The notes below the pieces were generated by a model. That model was not told the DNA's origin. It was given only the letters and a program-made list of their open reading frames with translations, and ran no database searches. A program made the translations under genes and the position numbers. From a virus (taxonomy: Duplodnaviria > Caudoviricetes), in the IMG/VR virus record IMGVR_UViG_3300032004_000002, positions 1-64,000 of that record: 64,000 nucleotides of DNA. One strand, 5' to 3'. Position 1 is the stretch's first letter. Every line of letters begins with the position of its first letter. Below are positions 29,179 to 38,972 of the stretch, piece by piece.

Positions 29179-29314
29179 CAACAATAGTCCACTCTGTCAA
29201 TCATGTCTCGGAAATGACGCTGTAAAGTCGCCGTCATACTTTATTTGATGCTCAGAGATTTCAACTAAGCACATCAAATTCTTCCCAGCAATTTTCACTG
29301 TCTGACTCGGTATA

Positions 29315-29342
29315 ATTATAGCACCTTTCTAACCATTGTCAA
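29315..29342 (-). promoter_or_regulatory. strong sigma70 promoter TTGACA-16-TATAAT with TG extension, driving the RNA locus
   Basis: Consensus boxes directly upstream of the tRNA-like cluster. Confidence 0.8.
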
Positions 29343-29374
29343 GCAATTTGTAACAATAAACGTTATTTACTACA

Positions 29375-29548
29375 TTAATCTTCATAATCAGGCATTATTT
29401 TCTTAAATCGAGTACCGTAAAAGGAACAACCTTCATGTTGATACTCAAATCTAAACTTGCCTTCAATGATTTCATCTTCTAGCATTTCGTCACAATTACA
29501 GTCTTTATATTCATTGCCACAGGAAGGGCAATAGTACAATTCGCCCAT
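29375..29548 (-). CDS. small Cys-rich hypothetical protein (57 aa)
   Basis: Manual translation MGELYYCPSCGNEYKDCNC...; GGAG RBS. Confidence 0.55.
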   Translation of the reverse strand: MGELYYCPSCGNEYKDCNCDEMLEDEIIEGKFRFEYQHEGCSFYGTRFKKIMPDYED

Positions 29549-29621
29549 CTGTGGACTCCTTATTAGTTATCAATAAAAGAACTATAAACGACACACAGTG
29601 TTTCTGTCAAGCATTATTATT

Positions 29622-29906
29622 TTAAACTGTATTGTATCCACCAAATACAGAAGGAATACACCAATTATCTTTAATCATTTTCTGTTTCTTTGCATTCAAT
29701 ATCTTTTCTTCTGTCTTTAGTTTCTTACAGGAAATAGACTTCCACGGTTCGGGGCAACACCCTACACAGACACAAGAGTGCGGATTGAAATTAGGAAGGT
29801 ATCGTTCTTTACTTCCGCACTCTAGACAACCACGTTTGATATTGAAATGATTAGTTTTACTTTTTACCGCTTCTGCAATCGTCATTGTTGGTAGTTCATT
29901 GTTCAT
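29622..29906 (-). CDS. hypothetical Cys-rich protein
   Basis: CLEC..CVCVGCC; coupled to the polymerase-like gene. Confidence 0.55.
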   Translation of the reverse strand: MNNELPTMTIAEAVKSKTNHFNIKRGCLECGSKERYLPNFNPHSCVCVGCCPEPWKSISCKKLKTEEKILNAKKQKMIKDNWCIPSVFGGYNTV

Positions 29907-31264
29907 TTCTTATCAACCTTGCAAAAAGTTTTATCCCCTAGTACTGTTTCCCATGCTGCATACATGGCGTCTTCTAAATCTTTCTCAGCGCTAGCTTTAA
30001 CCAAGCAACTGTCATGATAAGCTAATACTGTATGCCCCTTGACCCCCATTGCACCAACAATACGCATCATGATCTTACTATCAATATTCTGCAACGTAAT
30101 ACCGGCATCAGAAAAGAAGTGCTCTGCAATAAAATCGTTATGACTTTGCACAGCCTCAAGTACTGCTGAATAATCTACATTACCAACCATTGCATAAAAC
30201 TCTTGATCTTCAATACTATTTTGAGCACGATCAATCTTTACTTTATTACCAAGTGTCCAAGCTGCGCTGTTCTTATCATTAGAATTCATACCAATCAAAA
30301 TAGCTAGCTTAGCTAACTGTCGTACTGGATTGTGTGTTTTACCTGTCACACTTTCCCACTGTTCTTTCAAACGACCATCAACTTTAATAAACGAAAGGTC
30401 TGCATTGTAAGGAGAGAAGTCATCCCCCATCACATCATAAATACTAAAGCCATCTGTATTGTACATAAGCTGATAGCAGATGCTTGGGTGAATTGCTGAA
30501 TAGTCCAACTCCACAACCGGTTCACCGTCAATCTTCAGAGATGATGCACGCACATGTTGTGGAAGAAGCTGCACACCACCACCAAGAGTATAGAGACGTC
30601 CACCACTATCCAAATCCCCACTAAAGATACGGCGGTATGCAACATCAGCAATCGGACGATCATCGAAAGTAATAGATGCACCAGCCAGCATATCATTCAT
30701 ACTCTTAACCTCACCTTTGATGTCTTTAAATCCTTTATGACCCCGTGTTGGAATCATCTCTTTTGTCTCACGATTACGAATGATAGCTAGGTCATTATCT
30801 TCAAGCTCTTTCCATAGGTTGTAATTTGTATTCACATCAGTCCACATGTCTGCTGTTCTCTTTTTAAATATCATACACGAAGGAATGGACTCATCTGGAA
30901 TAAGACTTCCTTTGTGCATCTTCCAAGACTTCACATAGCCTTTATAAAGATCAATGTAACCCTTTGACTCAAGGAAGTCAACAAGAGATTTAATCTTTCT
31001 GTACCCAATACCTTGTCTTGACTTAGTGTAAGCATGTATATCAAGACTGAAGATAAAGCCACCAGCATTCTTCTTCACTGCACGAGCAGAGTTAGACACC
31101 CACCATCTTACTGCTTCTTCCCATTTATAGTTGGTATGTTCTAATACCTGATCTACAATCTTCTTGTAGTACTTAGACTCATGGAAATAGATATAACTTC
31201 GTACACACCTTAGATTAACAGAGTAAGCTTGATGCTCTGTCATATTACTTAATTCATAGATCAA
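29903..31264 (-). CDS. minimal PolA/T7-RNAP-superfamily polymerase-like protein
   Basis: GGRLY, motif A ELDYSAIHP, motif B RQLAK, motif C YHDS in the correct order; TTG start with AAGGAG RBS. Confidence 0.7.
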   Translation of the reverse strand: MIYELSNMTEHQAYSVNLRCVRSYIYFHESKYYKKIVDQVLEHTNYKWEEAVRWWVSNSARAVKKNAGGFIFSLDIHAYTKSRQGIGYRKIKSLVDFLESKGYIDLYKGYVKSWKMHKGSLIPDESIPSCMIFKKRTADMWTDVNTNYNLWKELEDNDLAIIRNRETKEMIPTRGHKGFKDIKGEVKSMNDMLAGASITFDDRPIADVAYRRIFSGDLDSGGRLYTLGGGVQLLPQHVRASSLKIDGEPVVELDYSAIHPSICYQLMYNTDGFSIYDVMGDDFSPYNADLSFIKVDGRLKEQWESVTGKTHNPVRQLAKLAILIGMNSNDKNSAAWTLGNKVKIDRAQNSIEDQEFYAMVGNVDYSAVLEAVQSHNDFIAEHFFSDAGITLQNIDSKIMMRIVGAMGVKGHTVLAYHDSCLVKASAEKDLEDAMYAAWETVLGDKTFCKVDKK

Positions 31265-31420
31265 TCACTTATTCTCCTTGTTGTTGGTAGTAGAGGATAG
31301 AGAGGTGTTAGTAGATAGATGTATTGTATTACATGTTCTCCTCTACAGCCCCCGGTTTATAAGGGTTTGTGCCCTTTCTACTCGGTACTTTCTCATAAAT
31401 GCTCTCTAATTCATCTACTC

Positions 31421-31522
31421 AGTCTACACCCAATCCCACCCACGTCAACCCCCTCTCCAAAACAATTTATCCCACCCTCCTCAGAAAATACCCTTGACAC
31501 CCTGTCTGGTAGAGCTTACTAT
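31421..31522. promoter_or_regulatory. divergent sigma70 promoter pair
   Basis: Leftward TTGACG-16-TAGACT (31448-31421); rightward TTGACA-17-TACTAT (31494-31522). Confidence 0.75.
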
Positions 31523-31577
31523 AGCTAAACACAACGAGGTAAGCATAGCTCTATCAGCGATTCACATATGAGGGGAT

Positions 31578-34500
31578 TTGAAGATGACATACGAAGAAAT
31601 GTATAAGGATTGGAAGTATTTGTGGGACATTGCACCAGCAAATGATATGACTGGTGGTTATGTAGATCAAGATGACTTGAAACGAATGCTCAAAAGTCCA
31701 TCCAAGGCCACAGCGAAGTATTGCCTTGAACGACAAATGGAATATTGGTTTCAGGCTGGCCCTGATGGGTTTGAAATTTGCAGGAACTATGAACATCTTT
31801 GTGAAGAGTATCCAAAAATTGAGCAGATCCGTAAGAAATATGATTTCAATGTAAGGGACTGGCTATGAAACAAATCCAAAACACCCCAAATGGCTGGATG
31901 GCCTACTGCTCAGCCATCAAAGAATCTGTACAAAGAGACTTGACGAAGCGTGACTATAGTGTGATGATGGCTTCGTATATTGGAAGGGTTAGTGTGGATG
32001 AGTGTGTTAGTCAATTGGAGAATAAATAATGACACACATTAAATCAGATTGGCACGAAGGTCTGCTTTGGGCTGAAGATCTTTGTAAGGATGGAGAAGGT
32101 TGGGGAGCAGTGCCTGTGAAGATTATGCTGTCCTATGTTGAAGATGCTTCTTGGAGTTTTGAAGATAGGGAATCTTTTATTGAAGGAGCATTCGATTATG
32201 CTGACCATATTTGGCACAGAGTTGAGGGGTAGATGATGAAACAGTGGAAGATTTATTTGATTGTTGCGATTATCTCCGGTTTTCTTGCAGGTGTGGTCAA
32301 ATACAACGATGACTATATGGTGGAAAAAGACGTACATGTAACATTTATAGATAAAATGGAAAGAAATAGCTGCCACAAGTCAAATTGCACAGGTAAGTTG
32401 TACGGACTGTTCAAGACAGATGATGGAATATTCTTTGACAGACAAATCAGCATGTATATGTACACACAAATGAAAGTAGGGGAAGACTTTAATCTAACTT
32501 TACGAAGGATGGACATTAAACAAACAGGCTGGGATAATGTGATTTATTTCTTTGGTGTCATAACCATGTCTATATTTGTTGTCATGCTCATTGCCTCCCC
32601 TTTAGCGTATTTTGTTTTGGATAAGGAGGATAATTGATATGAGCACCCTACGAGTAATTGAACGTAAACACGGAAAACACAAGGCTTGCTAAGAAAGCTG
32701 TAGAAATATAGCTCAAATTAGCCTATCAATCCCTTGTTTGATGCAAGAAATGATGTATAATTTCAACGTAAATTGAAAATGGAAGGCAGCACAAAGCTAT
32801 AGGAATGTTGCCCTATTTTGATGTGATAAAATCAACGGTAATTTATTAGGAGAGAATTATGAATGTAGGTGAGCTGAAGAAAATGCTTGAGAAATATCCA
32901 GACGAGATGGAAATTTTGAATGGTCGGTACAGTGATTATGATTTGGTTGAGGAAAATGAGTGGCACATTGTTAAGGCAGTTCCTAAAGATGGTTATGTAA
33001 TGCGCTCACATCCCACAATGAGCGAAGAGAACAAGAGTCAAGAAAAAGAATATCTTTACTTGGAAGGTAATTAAGATGAATAATCTCCCATTACTAAATG
33101 CAGAAGAACGTCAAGCACTCTTGGAAAAGGGTAGGCTTGCGAAGTTAGCCAAGAAAGAATTCGCCGAGGCTAATCTTAAATTGGACTATTCAGATGAGAA
33201 TTATTGGACCACCAAATCAGCAGAGCTTGGTATTCGATTACCGCAGAAGTTTGCTGTAGGAGCAAAAGGTATTCGTAAGACAGCTAAAGCACTTGGTGTA
33301 GATATAAAAGAGTTCCTAGATTCAACGGGCTGTAATAACTTGAATGAACTATGCGCGTTGAATCCGACTTGGAACTCAAGAGCACTTGCATCTTTAGTTG
33401 TGGAGTATTATCTTGACGTCCAATAAGGAATATGTAATCATTCAAGCACTACTTAGTCTATTCGGTAAAGTGGACTTACAGACTCCAAAGGATGTGCAGA
33501 TTATTAAAGAATTACATAAAATGCTTAAGGAGATTGAAGAATGAAACTAACCAGTAATCAAAAACAACTCAGCGTGTCAGTTCCAATGCTCATATTCTCT
33601 TTTATGGGGTTGTACTTGAGTTACCCAGCAATTTCACTGTCTTTAGTGCTATGGTTCCCGTTTATTGCTGGGATGGGATGGACTTCTGCAATTCTTGTTA
33701 TTCTTTTTAGTCAGTCAAAATTTGCAAAATGGCTTTTAAGGGATGACAAATGAACATCCAACAAATTGACTACATCAAAGCCCTCAACACAAAATATCCA
33801 TCAGGAACGCTTCAATACATTCTCCTGCAAAACAATTTGCAATCAGCAACATTTGAGGGTACATTGAAGTGGCTGCTTGAAAGGTATGTTGAGCATGTTG
33901 AGGAATACAAGGCTGAGAATGCTAGGATGGCTTTAGCATTGAAGAAGAACAACTTATACACATCAGAGAATGTTTTAGGAGAGTAACAGTGACAGATTTT
34001 AATGAGCTTGTAGGGATTACAGTGAATAGCCTGATTATCAACGATGATAAGACATGTCTAGTGTTTCGAAGTAATGAGAATGTATTGTATTTCTATGAAT
34101 CAGAGTTTGTAGAGATTCGTGGTGTAGATATGTTTGATGATAAATATGGGAACATTAATGGGTATGAGATTATTGGTACAGAATCTTTTGGTGATCATTA
34201 CTTGATTAACTTTAGGGAAGATTATTCATTGTCTGTCAAGAGTGGGACAGAGATTAAATGTGCAGGTGTGATCAATGAGAATGTGTTGAAAGATGCACAT
34301 AAGTTTAGTCAATTGGTTGAGGATTTTTAAACATGAGTCACATACTTCGTAATTCATTGTATGCGTTATATCGTAACGATCATGACATTCTGAATATGCT
34401 AGAGCAGCTGGATTTTAGCGAGCTTACTAGAAAATTTGATGACGAGCTGTACAGCCGTATGCCTAAAGAGCAAGTTAAGCTTGCCCAAGCAATGTTGACA

Positions 34501-34832
34501 TGCGACACTCTGCTCAAATATGATCTTGCTGTAGCAGAAAGTGCAGCAGCCTGTACACAAAAGATTGCTGAAATGATGAGTGTTCTTATTCTACCAACTA
34601 CAGGGAAATCTAACTAATGGAATACCATACAGAACTAGATTTTAATTGCAGCATACCAATGCCTAAAGTGAAACCCACAAAAGATCCTTGTATTGAGGAG
34701 AATGCTATTAAGGAGATTATGAGCTTAGCCCTATTTGGCGCTGCACAAAAGAATATTGAAGAGGGTAAACCAATATTTGACTCTGTGGAAAAAGTTGTTC
34801 AACTATTTAAAGATGCTGGCCTTATCAAATAA
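31578..34832 (+). other. block of about 12 small hypothetical early/middle ORFs
   Basis: Tightly packed ORFs with AGGAG-type RBS; no recognisable family. Confidence 0.7.
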
Positions 34833-34833
34833 C

Positions 34834-34861
34834 TTGACACCAAGCCAACATAACGTATAAT
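34834..34861 (+). promoter_or_regulatory. sigma70 promoter TTGACA-16-TATAAT
   Basis: Consensus boxes upstream of 34882 and the phoH operon. Confidence 0.75.
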
Positions 34862-34881
34862 CAATTTTAAGGAGAATAAAT

Positions 34882-35280
34882 ATGACAGATAAAGTGGTTT
34901 ATGAAGATGTATTGACAAGTTTGGGAGCTTTGCACACAGCTAGCAACAATCTTAATGATGCTGTAGCCTTGACTCCAAACGGAATTGAAATGGATAGTGA
35001 GCTGGATGGTCTTGTTATCACTATGCAACAAATCTCTACATGGGCACAGAATAATATTAACCAAATCAATCAGGAGCAAGTTTTGAATGATTTTCTAGCC
35101 AGCCTTAAAACTTTGATGCTTGAATATTCTGCAAGTTTTGAGATTGGTAGTACTAGTGCAGGATATGGGGTTAGCTATGGGGAAGGTGAGGCTAGTGGGA
35201 TTAGAGTGACGGTGGAAAAGGACGGCGTGGTGAGTAGTCGGGTGTTTGAAGGGAATAGTTTGACAAGTGATGATCTTTGA
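34882..35280 (+). CDS. hypothetical protein
   Basis: AAGGAG RBS, 132 aa. Confidence 0.6.
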   Translation: MTDKVVYEDVLTSLGALHTASNNLNDAVALTPNGIEMDSELDGLVITMQQISTWAQNNINQINQEQVLNDFLASLKTLMLEYSASFEIGSTSAGYGVSYGEGEASGIRVTVEKDGVVSSRVFEGNSLTSDDL

Positions 35281-35301
35281 TTAATTAAGTGAGGCAACAA
35301 C

Positions 35302-36048
35302 ATGGCAAAAAGGAATCAGGCACAAGTAGTTGAAAATCGTTGGGACAAGAAAGCTGAAGTTGGCCGTGTCCTTAAACCTAAGTTCCAAGATGAAAGCTAT
35401 ATTGCAACACCGGTTACTGCCAAGACAGAAGTACAGAAACAGTTCCTACAGGCACTGAAAGAGTATGACGTCATTGTATTCTCAGCGCCAGCTGGCGTAG
35501 GTAAAAGCTACCTTGCAATGAGTGAAGTGTCTGATTGGCTTAAGAAAGGAATCTATGATAAGATTACTCTCTCACGTGCAGTGATTCCAATGGGTCGTAG
35601 TCTGGGCATGCTTCCTAACAACCTGCAACAAAAGTTTGAACCTTTTCTGATGCCATTGCTGGAAGTGTTGTGGAAGCGGTATGGTAAGAGCTACTACGAA
35701 AACTGTCTTGCTCTCGGTACAATTGAGTTGCTTGCACCCGAGTACGCACGCGGTCGGTCTATCTCAGATATTTGCGTGATAGATGAGGTGCAATGTATGG
35801 CGCCCGATGAGCTTTATACAATGCTTACTCGAATGGAACAAGGTGCTAAACTGATTCTCATCGGAGATGGTACTGGTCACCAAACGGATATCAAAGGTGT
35901 AAATGGTATTGAGTGGTTGACTAAGTTTGTAGAAAACAATGTATCACTTCAGAAACACATTAAAGTAATCACAGCAACTAGCGAAGATATTGTTCGTGGC
36001 GGTTTGTGTAAAGCAATGGTGCAGGCTAAAGAGAAGGAGAGTAAATAA
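35302..36048 (+). CDS. phoH: PhoH-like ATPase
   Basis: APAGVGKS Walker A, ARGRS, IDEVQ, LIGD..Q.D motifs. Confidence 0.9.
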   Translation: MAKRNQAQVVENRWDKKAEVGRVLKPKFQDESYIATPVTAKTEVQKQFLQALKEYDVIVFSAPAGVGKSYLAMSEVSDWLKKGIYDKITLSRAVIPMGRSLGMLPNNLQQKFEPFLMPLLEVLWKRYGKSYYENCLALGTIELLAPEYARGRSISDICVIDEVQCMAPDELYTMLTRMEQGAKLILIGDGTGHQTDIKGVNGIEWLTKFVENNVSLQKHIKVITATSEDIVRGGLCKAMVQAKEKESK

Positions 36049-36812
36049 TGAAGCACGAAGAACTAATGATTATGCCCCAAAAGAGTCGTATCACTCAAAG
36101 CTCTCAAGTTGCAAACACCTATGTGATTAAAGTGTGGGAAGATATTGGTGACCCAAATGAATGGACTGAAGAACTGGATATCATTAATGGTGCCTCTGAA
36201 ATTGATACCGTAGTATTAGATATTTGCTCAGGCGGGGGCGTAATGGATACTGCAATGCTTTTTAATCGAGCGTTGCGAAGCTGTCAAGCACATACTGTAG
36301 CTATCATTGGACCAACAGCAGCCTCAGCAGCCTCCGTATTTGCTCTTTCTTGTAAAGAGTTTATTTTGGATGAAACCTCTAGTCTAATGATCCATACAAG
36401 TTCTTATGGAATTGTTGCTAAGGACACAGACATCTTTGAACATGCCAACTTCTCACGTCGTCAATTGAAGACATTGTACGAGAGTGTGTATAGTGGATTT
36501 TTGAGCGAAAATGAGCTTTCTGATGTAATTAAGGGGACACCGTTCTACTTTGATGCTAACGATCTTGAAGTACGTTTGGATAGTTTGGAGGAATACCGTA
36601 AAAATCTTCCATGTCCTTGTGGCGATCCGCTGTGTGGACAATCTCCAGAAGAAGGTGAGGAATTTGATCTTGAAGCCCTGATCGACGATAAAGTTGCCGA
36701 AGCTATCAAAGCCTACGACAAAAGTAAGTTGCAAAAGGAAGCTAAAGCTCGTAAACTAGCCGAGAAGAAAGTAAAGCCAGTTGTTGTGTTTGAAGAACCT
36801 GTAAAAGAATAA
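36048..36812 (+). CDS. ClpP-like (S14/S49) peptidase
   Basis: ICSGGG, AASAAS (catalytic Ser), LMIH (His) motifs; charged C-terminal tail. Confidence 0.8.
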   Translation: MKHEELMIMPQKSRITQSSQVANTYVIKVWEDIGDPNEWTEELDIINGASEIDTVVLDICSGGGVMDTAMLFNRALRSCQAHTVAIIGPTAASAASVFALSCKEFILDETSSLMIHTSSYGIVAKDTDIFEHANFSRRQLKTLYESVYSGFLSENELSDVIKGTPFYFDANDLEVRLDSLEEYRKNLPCPCGDPLCGQSPEEGEEFDLEALIDDKVAEAIKAYDKSKLQKEAKARKLAEKKVKPVVVFEEPVKE

Positions 36813-36819
36813 TCTTATT

Positions 36820-36835
36820 AGCACAAGGATGTGCT
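36820..36835 (+). promoter_or_regulatory. CsrA/RsmA-type binding hairpin
   Basis: AGCACA-AGGA-TGTGCT, 11/12 match to the CsrA SELEX consensus RUACARGGAUGU. Confidence 0.55.
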
Positions 36836-36856
36836 CGCTTTAAAGGGGAGAGATTT

Positions 36857-37159
36857 ATGAGTAAAGAAAAAGAGATTGAAGCAGTGACTATCTCCTATGA
36901 GGATTTTATTGCTTATGACCACCTACCAATTGGGAATTATTATTTCAAGAATGCAATGGGTGAAATAATTTATTTGAAAACAAGTTCTGCACAATTAGCT
37001 CAAGAATGGATCGACAACTATTCAGGAGTGAAAGGGAAGTACAAAGCGATTCCATCCAAGACTTTTAAGGGGAAGAGTCGTAGGGAAGATGGGGGTTACT
37101 CGGCTTCGGGTAGTAACACACGGCGGGGATTCGCGCCACAACTTAAGAAAACAAACTAG
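36857..37159 (+). CDS. hypothetical protein
   Basis: GGGGAG RBS, 100 aa. Confidence 0.65.
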   Translation: MSKEKEIEAVTISYEDFIAYDHLPIGNYYFKNAMGEIIYLKTSSAQLAQEWIDNYSGVKGKYKAIPSKTFKGKSRREDGGYSASGSNTRRGFAPQLKKTN

Positions 37160-37168
37160 GAGAGAAGA

Positions 37169-38074
37169 ATGAATGTTTTAAGTCTATTTGATGGTATGTC
37201 CGTAGGTATGATTGCTTTACAAAAGGCTAATGTTAAGGTGACTAATTACTATGCATCTGAAATTGATAAACATGCAATCAAGGTAAGTCAATACAATTAT
37301 CCAGGAATTGTCCGAATTGGTGATGTAACTAAAGTATCCTACAAGAGTGGGGTGTTGACTACAGAGATGGGAGAATTTAAAGTAGGAGTTATTGATCTTC
37401 TAATCGGAGGAAGCCCTTGTCAAGATTTCAGTACAGCCAAAGCTTTTGGTGAACACGGTACAACCCCGCAAGGATTGAATGGGTCTAAGAGTGGCTTGTT
37501 CTACCACTATTTGCGAATTAAAAAAGAAATTGAGGAATATAACCCAAAACTAAAGTTTTTACTTGAAAACGTTAAAATGAAAAAAGAGAGTAAGAAACAA
37601 TTAGATGATTACCTCGGTGTTGAGGGTATTTATATTAACTCTGAGCTTGTAAGCTTTCAAAAACGTCCTCGTTACTATTGGTCAAACCTTTCTTTTGTGG
37701 CGCCAGAAAATCAATATGTGTCTTTTCAAGACTATAAAGAAATTGGTGACTTGGCTAAATACAAGTTGAACCCAACTCCATCTAGGATTCGTATGTGGGG
37801 AGATGGTAAAGGTACTAACGGTGTTCAATCTTGTGCTAACGTAACGTATGCAGATAAAGTGTATTGCCTAACAACAAAGCAAGATCGTTGCCCTAACAGT
37901 GGATTAGTTGAGTATGAAGACTTTTGCAGATACTTGACACAAAAAGAATTAGAACTCGCACAAACCGTTCCAATCGGTTACACTTCTTGTCTCAGTTATA
38001 ATCAAGCATGTGCAGTACTTGGTAATGGTTGGACTGTAGATGTTATTACACACATTTTTAGTAGTTTAAACTAG
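37169..38074 (+). CDS. DNA (cytosine-5) methyltransferase
   Basis: Motifs I SLFDG, IV GGSPCQ, VI LENV, X LGNGW. Confidence 0.92.
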   Translation: MNVLSLFDGMSVGMIALQKANVKVTNYYASEIDKHAIKVSQYNYPGIVRIGDVTKVSYKSGVLTTEMGEFKVGVIDLLIGGSPCQDFSTAKAFGEHGTTPQGLNGSKSGLFYHYLRIKKEIEEYNPKLKFLLENVKMKKESKKQLDDYLGVEGIYINSELVSFQKRPRYYWSNLSFVAPENQYVSFQDYKEIGDLAKYKLNPTPSRIRMWGDGKGTNGVQSCANVTYADKVYCLTTKQDRCPNSGLVEYEDFCRYLTQKELELAQTVPIGYTSCLSYNQACAVLGNGWTVDVITHIFSSLN

Positions 38075-38479
38075 GAGAAAATAATGCTACAATACGTATT
38101 CACAGATTACCTTGATCTTTCAGCTTCAGACCACTACGCTCTAGCTCAAATCCTTGACCAACACACTGAAACAAATGATTATGAAGAAGAAGAATATGAC
38201 TACTTCTCACTCTCAACGGAGGCTTAAAATGAAATTTTGTAAGATGCTAATGAATCAAAAAGATATCCACAATGGTCATTTCCAAATGCAAGTGAATCGC
38301 ATGTCTGTGAAGAAAGCTATTAAGCTCTGCAAGAAGCTTGAAGCATACACTAAAGACAAATACATGTTCTATGTACAAGTGTTCACCGACAATAGCTGGA
38401 CAATCTATCAGGCCGGATACTTTCCAGATCGTCAAGGGAATCTGGCTGATCGGATGATTTTGAGTTCGGATAATCTCCA

Positions 38480-38890
38480 ATGAAAAGTAAAGAGTACAAA
38501 CTTTACGCCGATATGTGTTCTCGTGTAGCTGAATGCTCTGATGCTGAACGTAAGAAGGTGGGAAGTGTTCTAATTACACCAGATGATGTACTTCTGATCG
38601 GATTTAACGGAACCCCTAGCGGATTTGACAACAAGTGTGAAGATGAGCAAGGCCATACGCTCAGTCATGTTTTGCACTCAGAATCCAATGCGATTATGAA
38701 AGCTACACGAGCAGGGGTAAGCCTTAAAGGAAGTACATTATTTTGCTCACTGAGTCCTTGCCAACAATGTAGTAACCTTATTGTGCAAGCCGGTATCAAG
38801 AAGGTTGTTTACAAGGAAGAATATCGGGACACATCACCATTGATCTTTCTTATTAAAGCATCTGTGATAGTAGAAAAGTACAATCAATGA
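38480..38890 (+). CDS. dCMP deaminase
   Basis: HSE and PCxxC zinc motifs; IGFNGTPSG. Confidence 0.9.
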   Translation: MKSKEYKLYADMCSRVAECSDAERKKVGSVLITPDDVLLIGFNGTPSGFDNKCEDEQGHTLSHVLHSESNAIMKATRAGVSLKGSTLFCSLSPCQQCSNLIVQAGIKKVVYKEEYRDTSPLIFLIKASVIVEKYNQ

Positions 38891-38972
38891 TTCTGTTTAC
38901 AAAGCCAGCATCTTAAGCCATAATTGGTCCTAGATAGCTGGCTATTTTTATATCTGAAACTAGGAGAAACAC

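Noticed and set aside
32639-32790. Stop-codon recoding suggested by short ORFs with in-frame stops (also 55690-55790)
   Set aside because: Isolated cases in decaying spacers; all conserved genes read through with the standard code and no suppressor tRNA is present.
37153-38967. AAACTAGGAGA repeated three times
   Set aside because: Explained as RBS, overlapping a TAG stop in two cases; no evidence beyond translation initiation.
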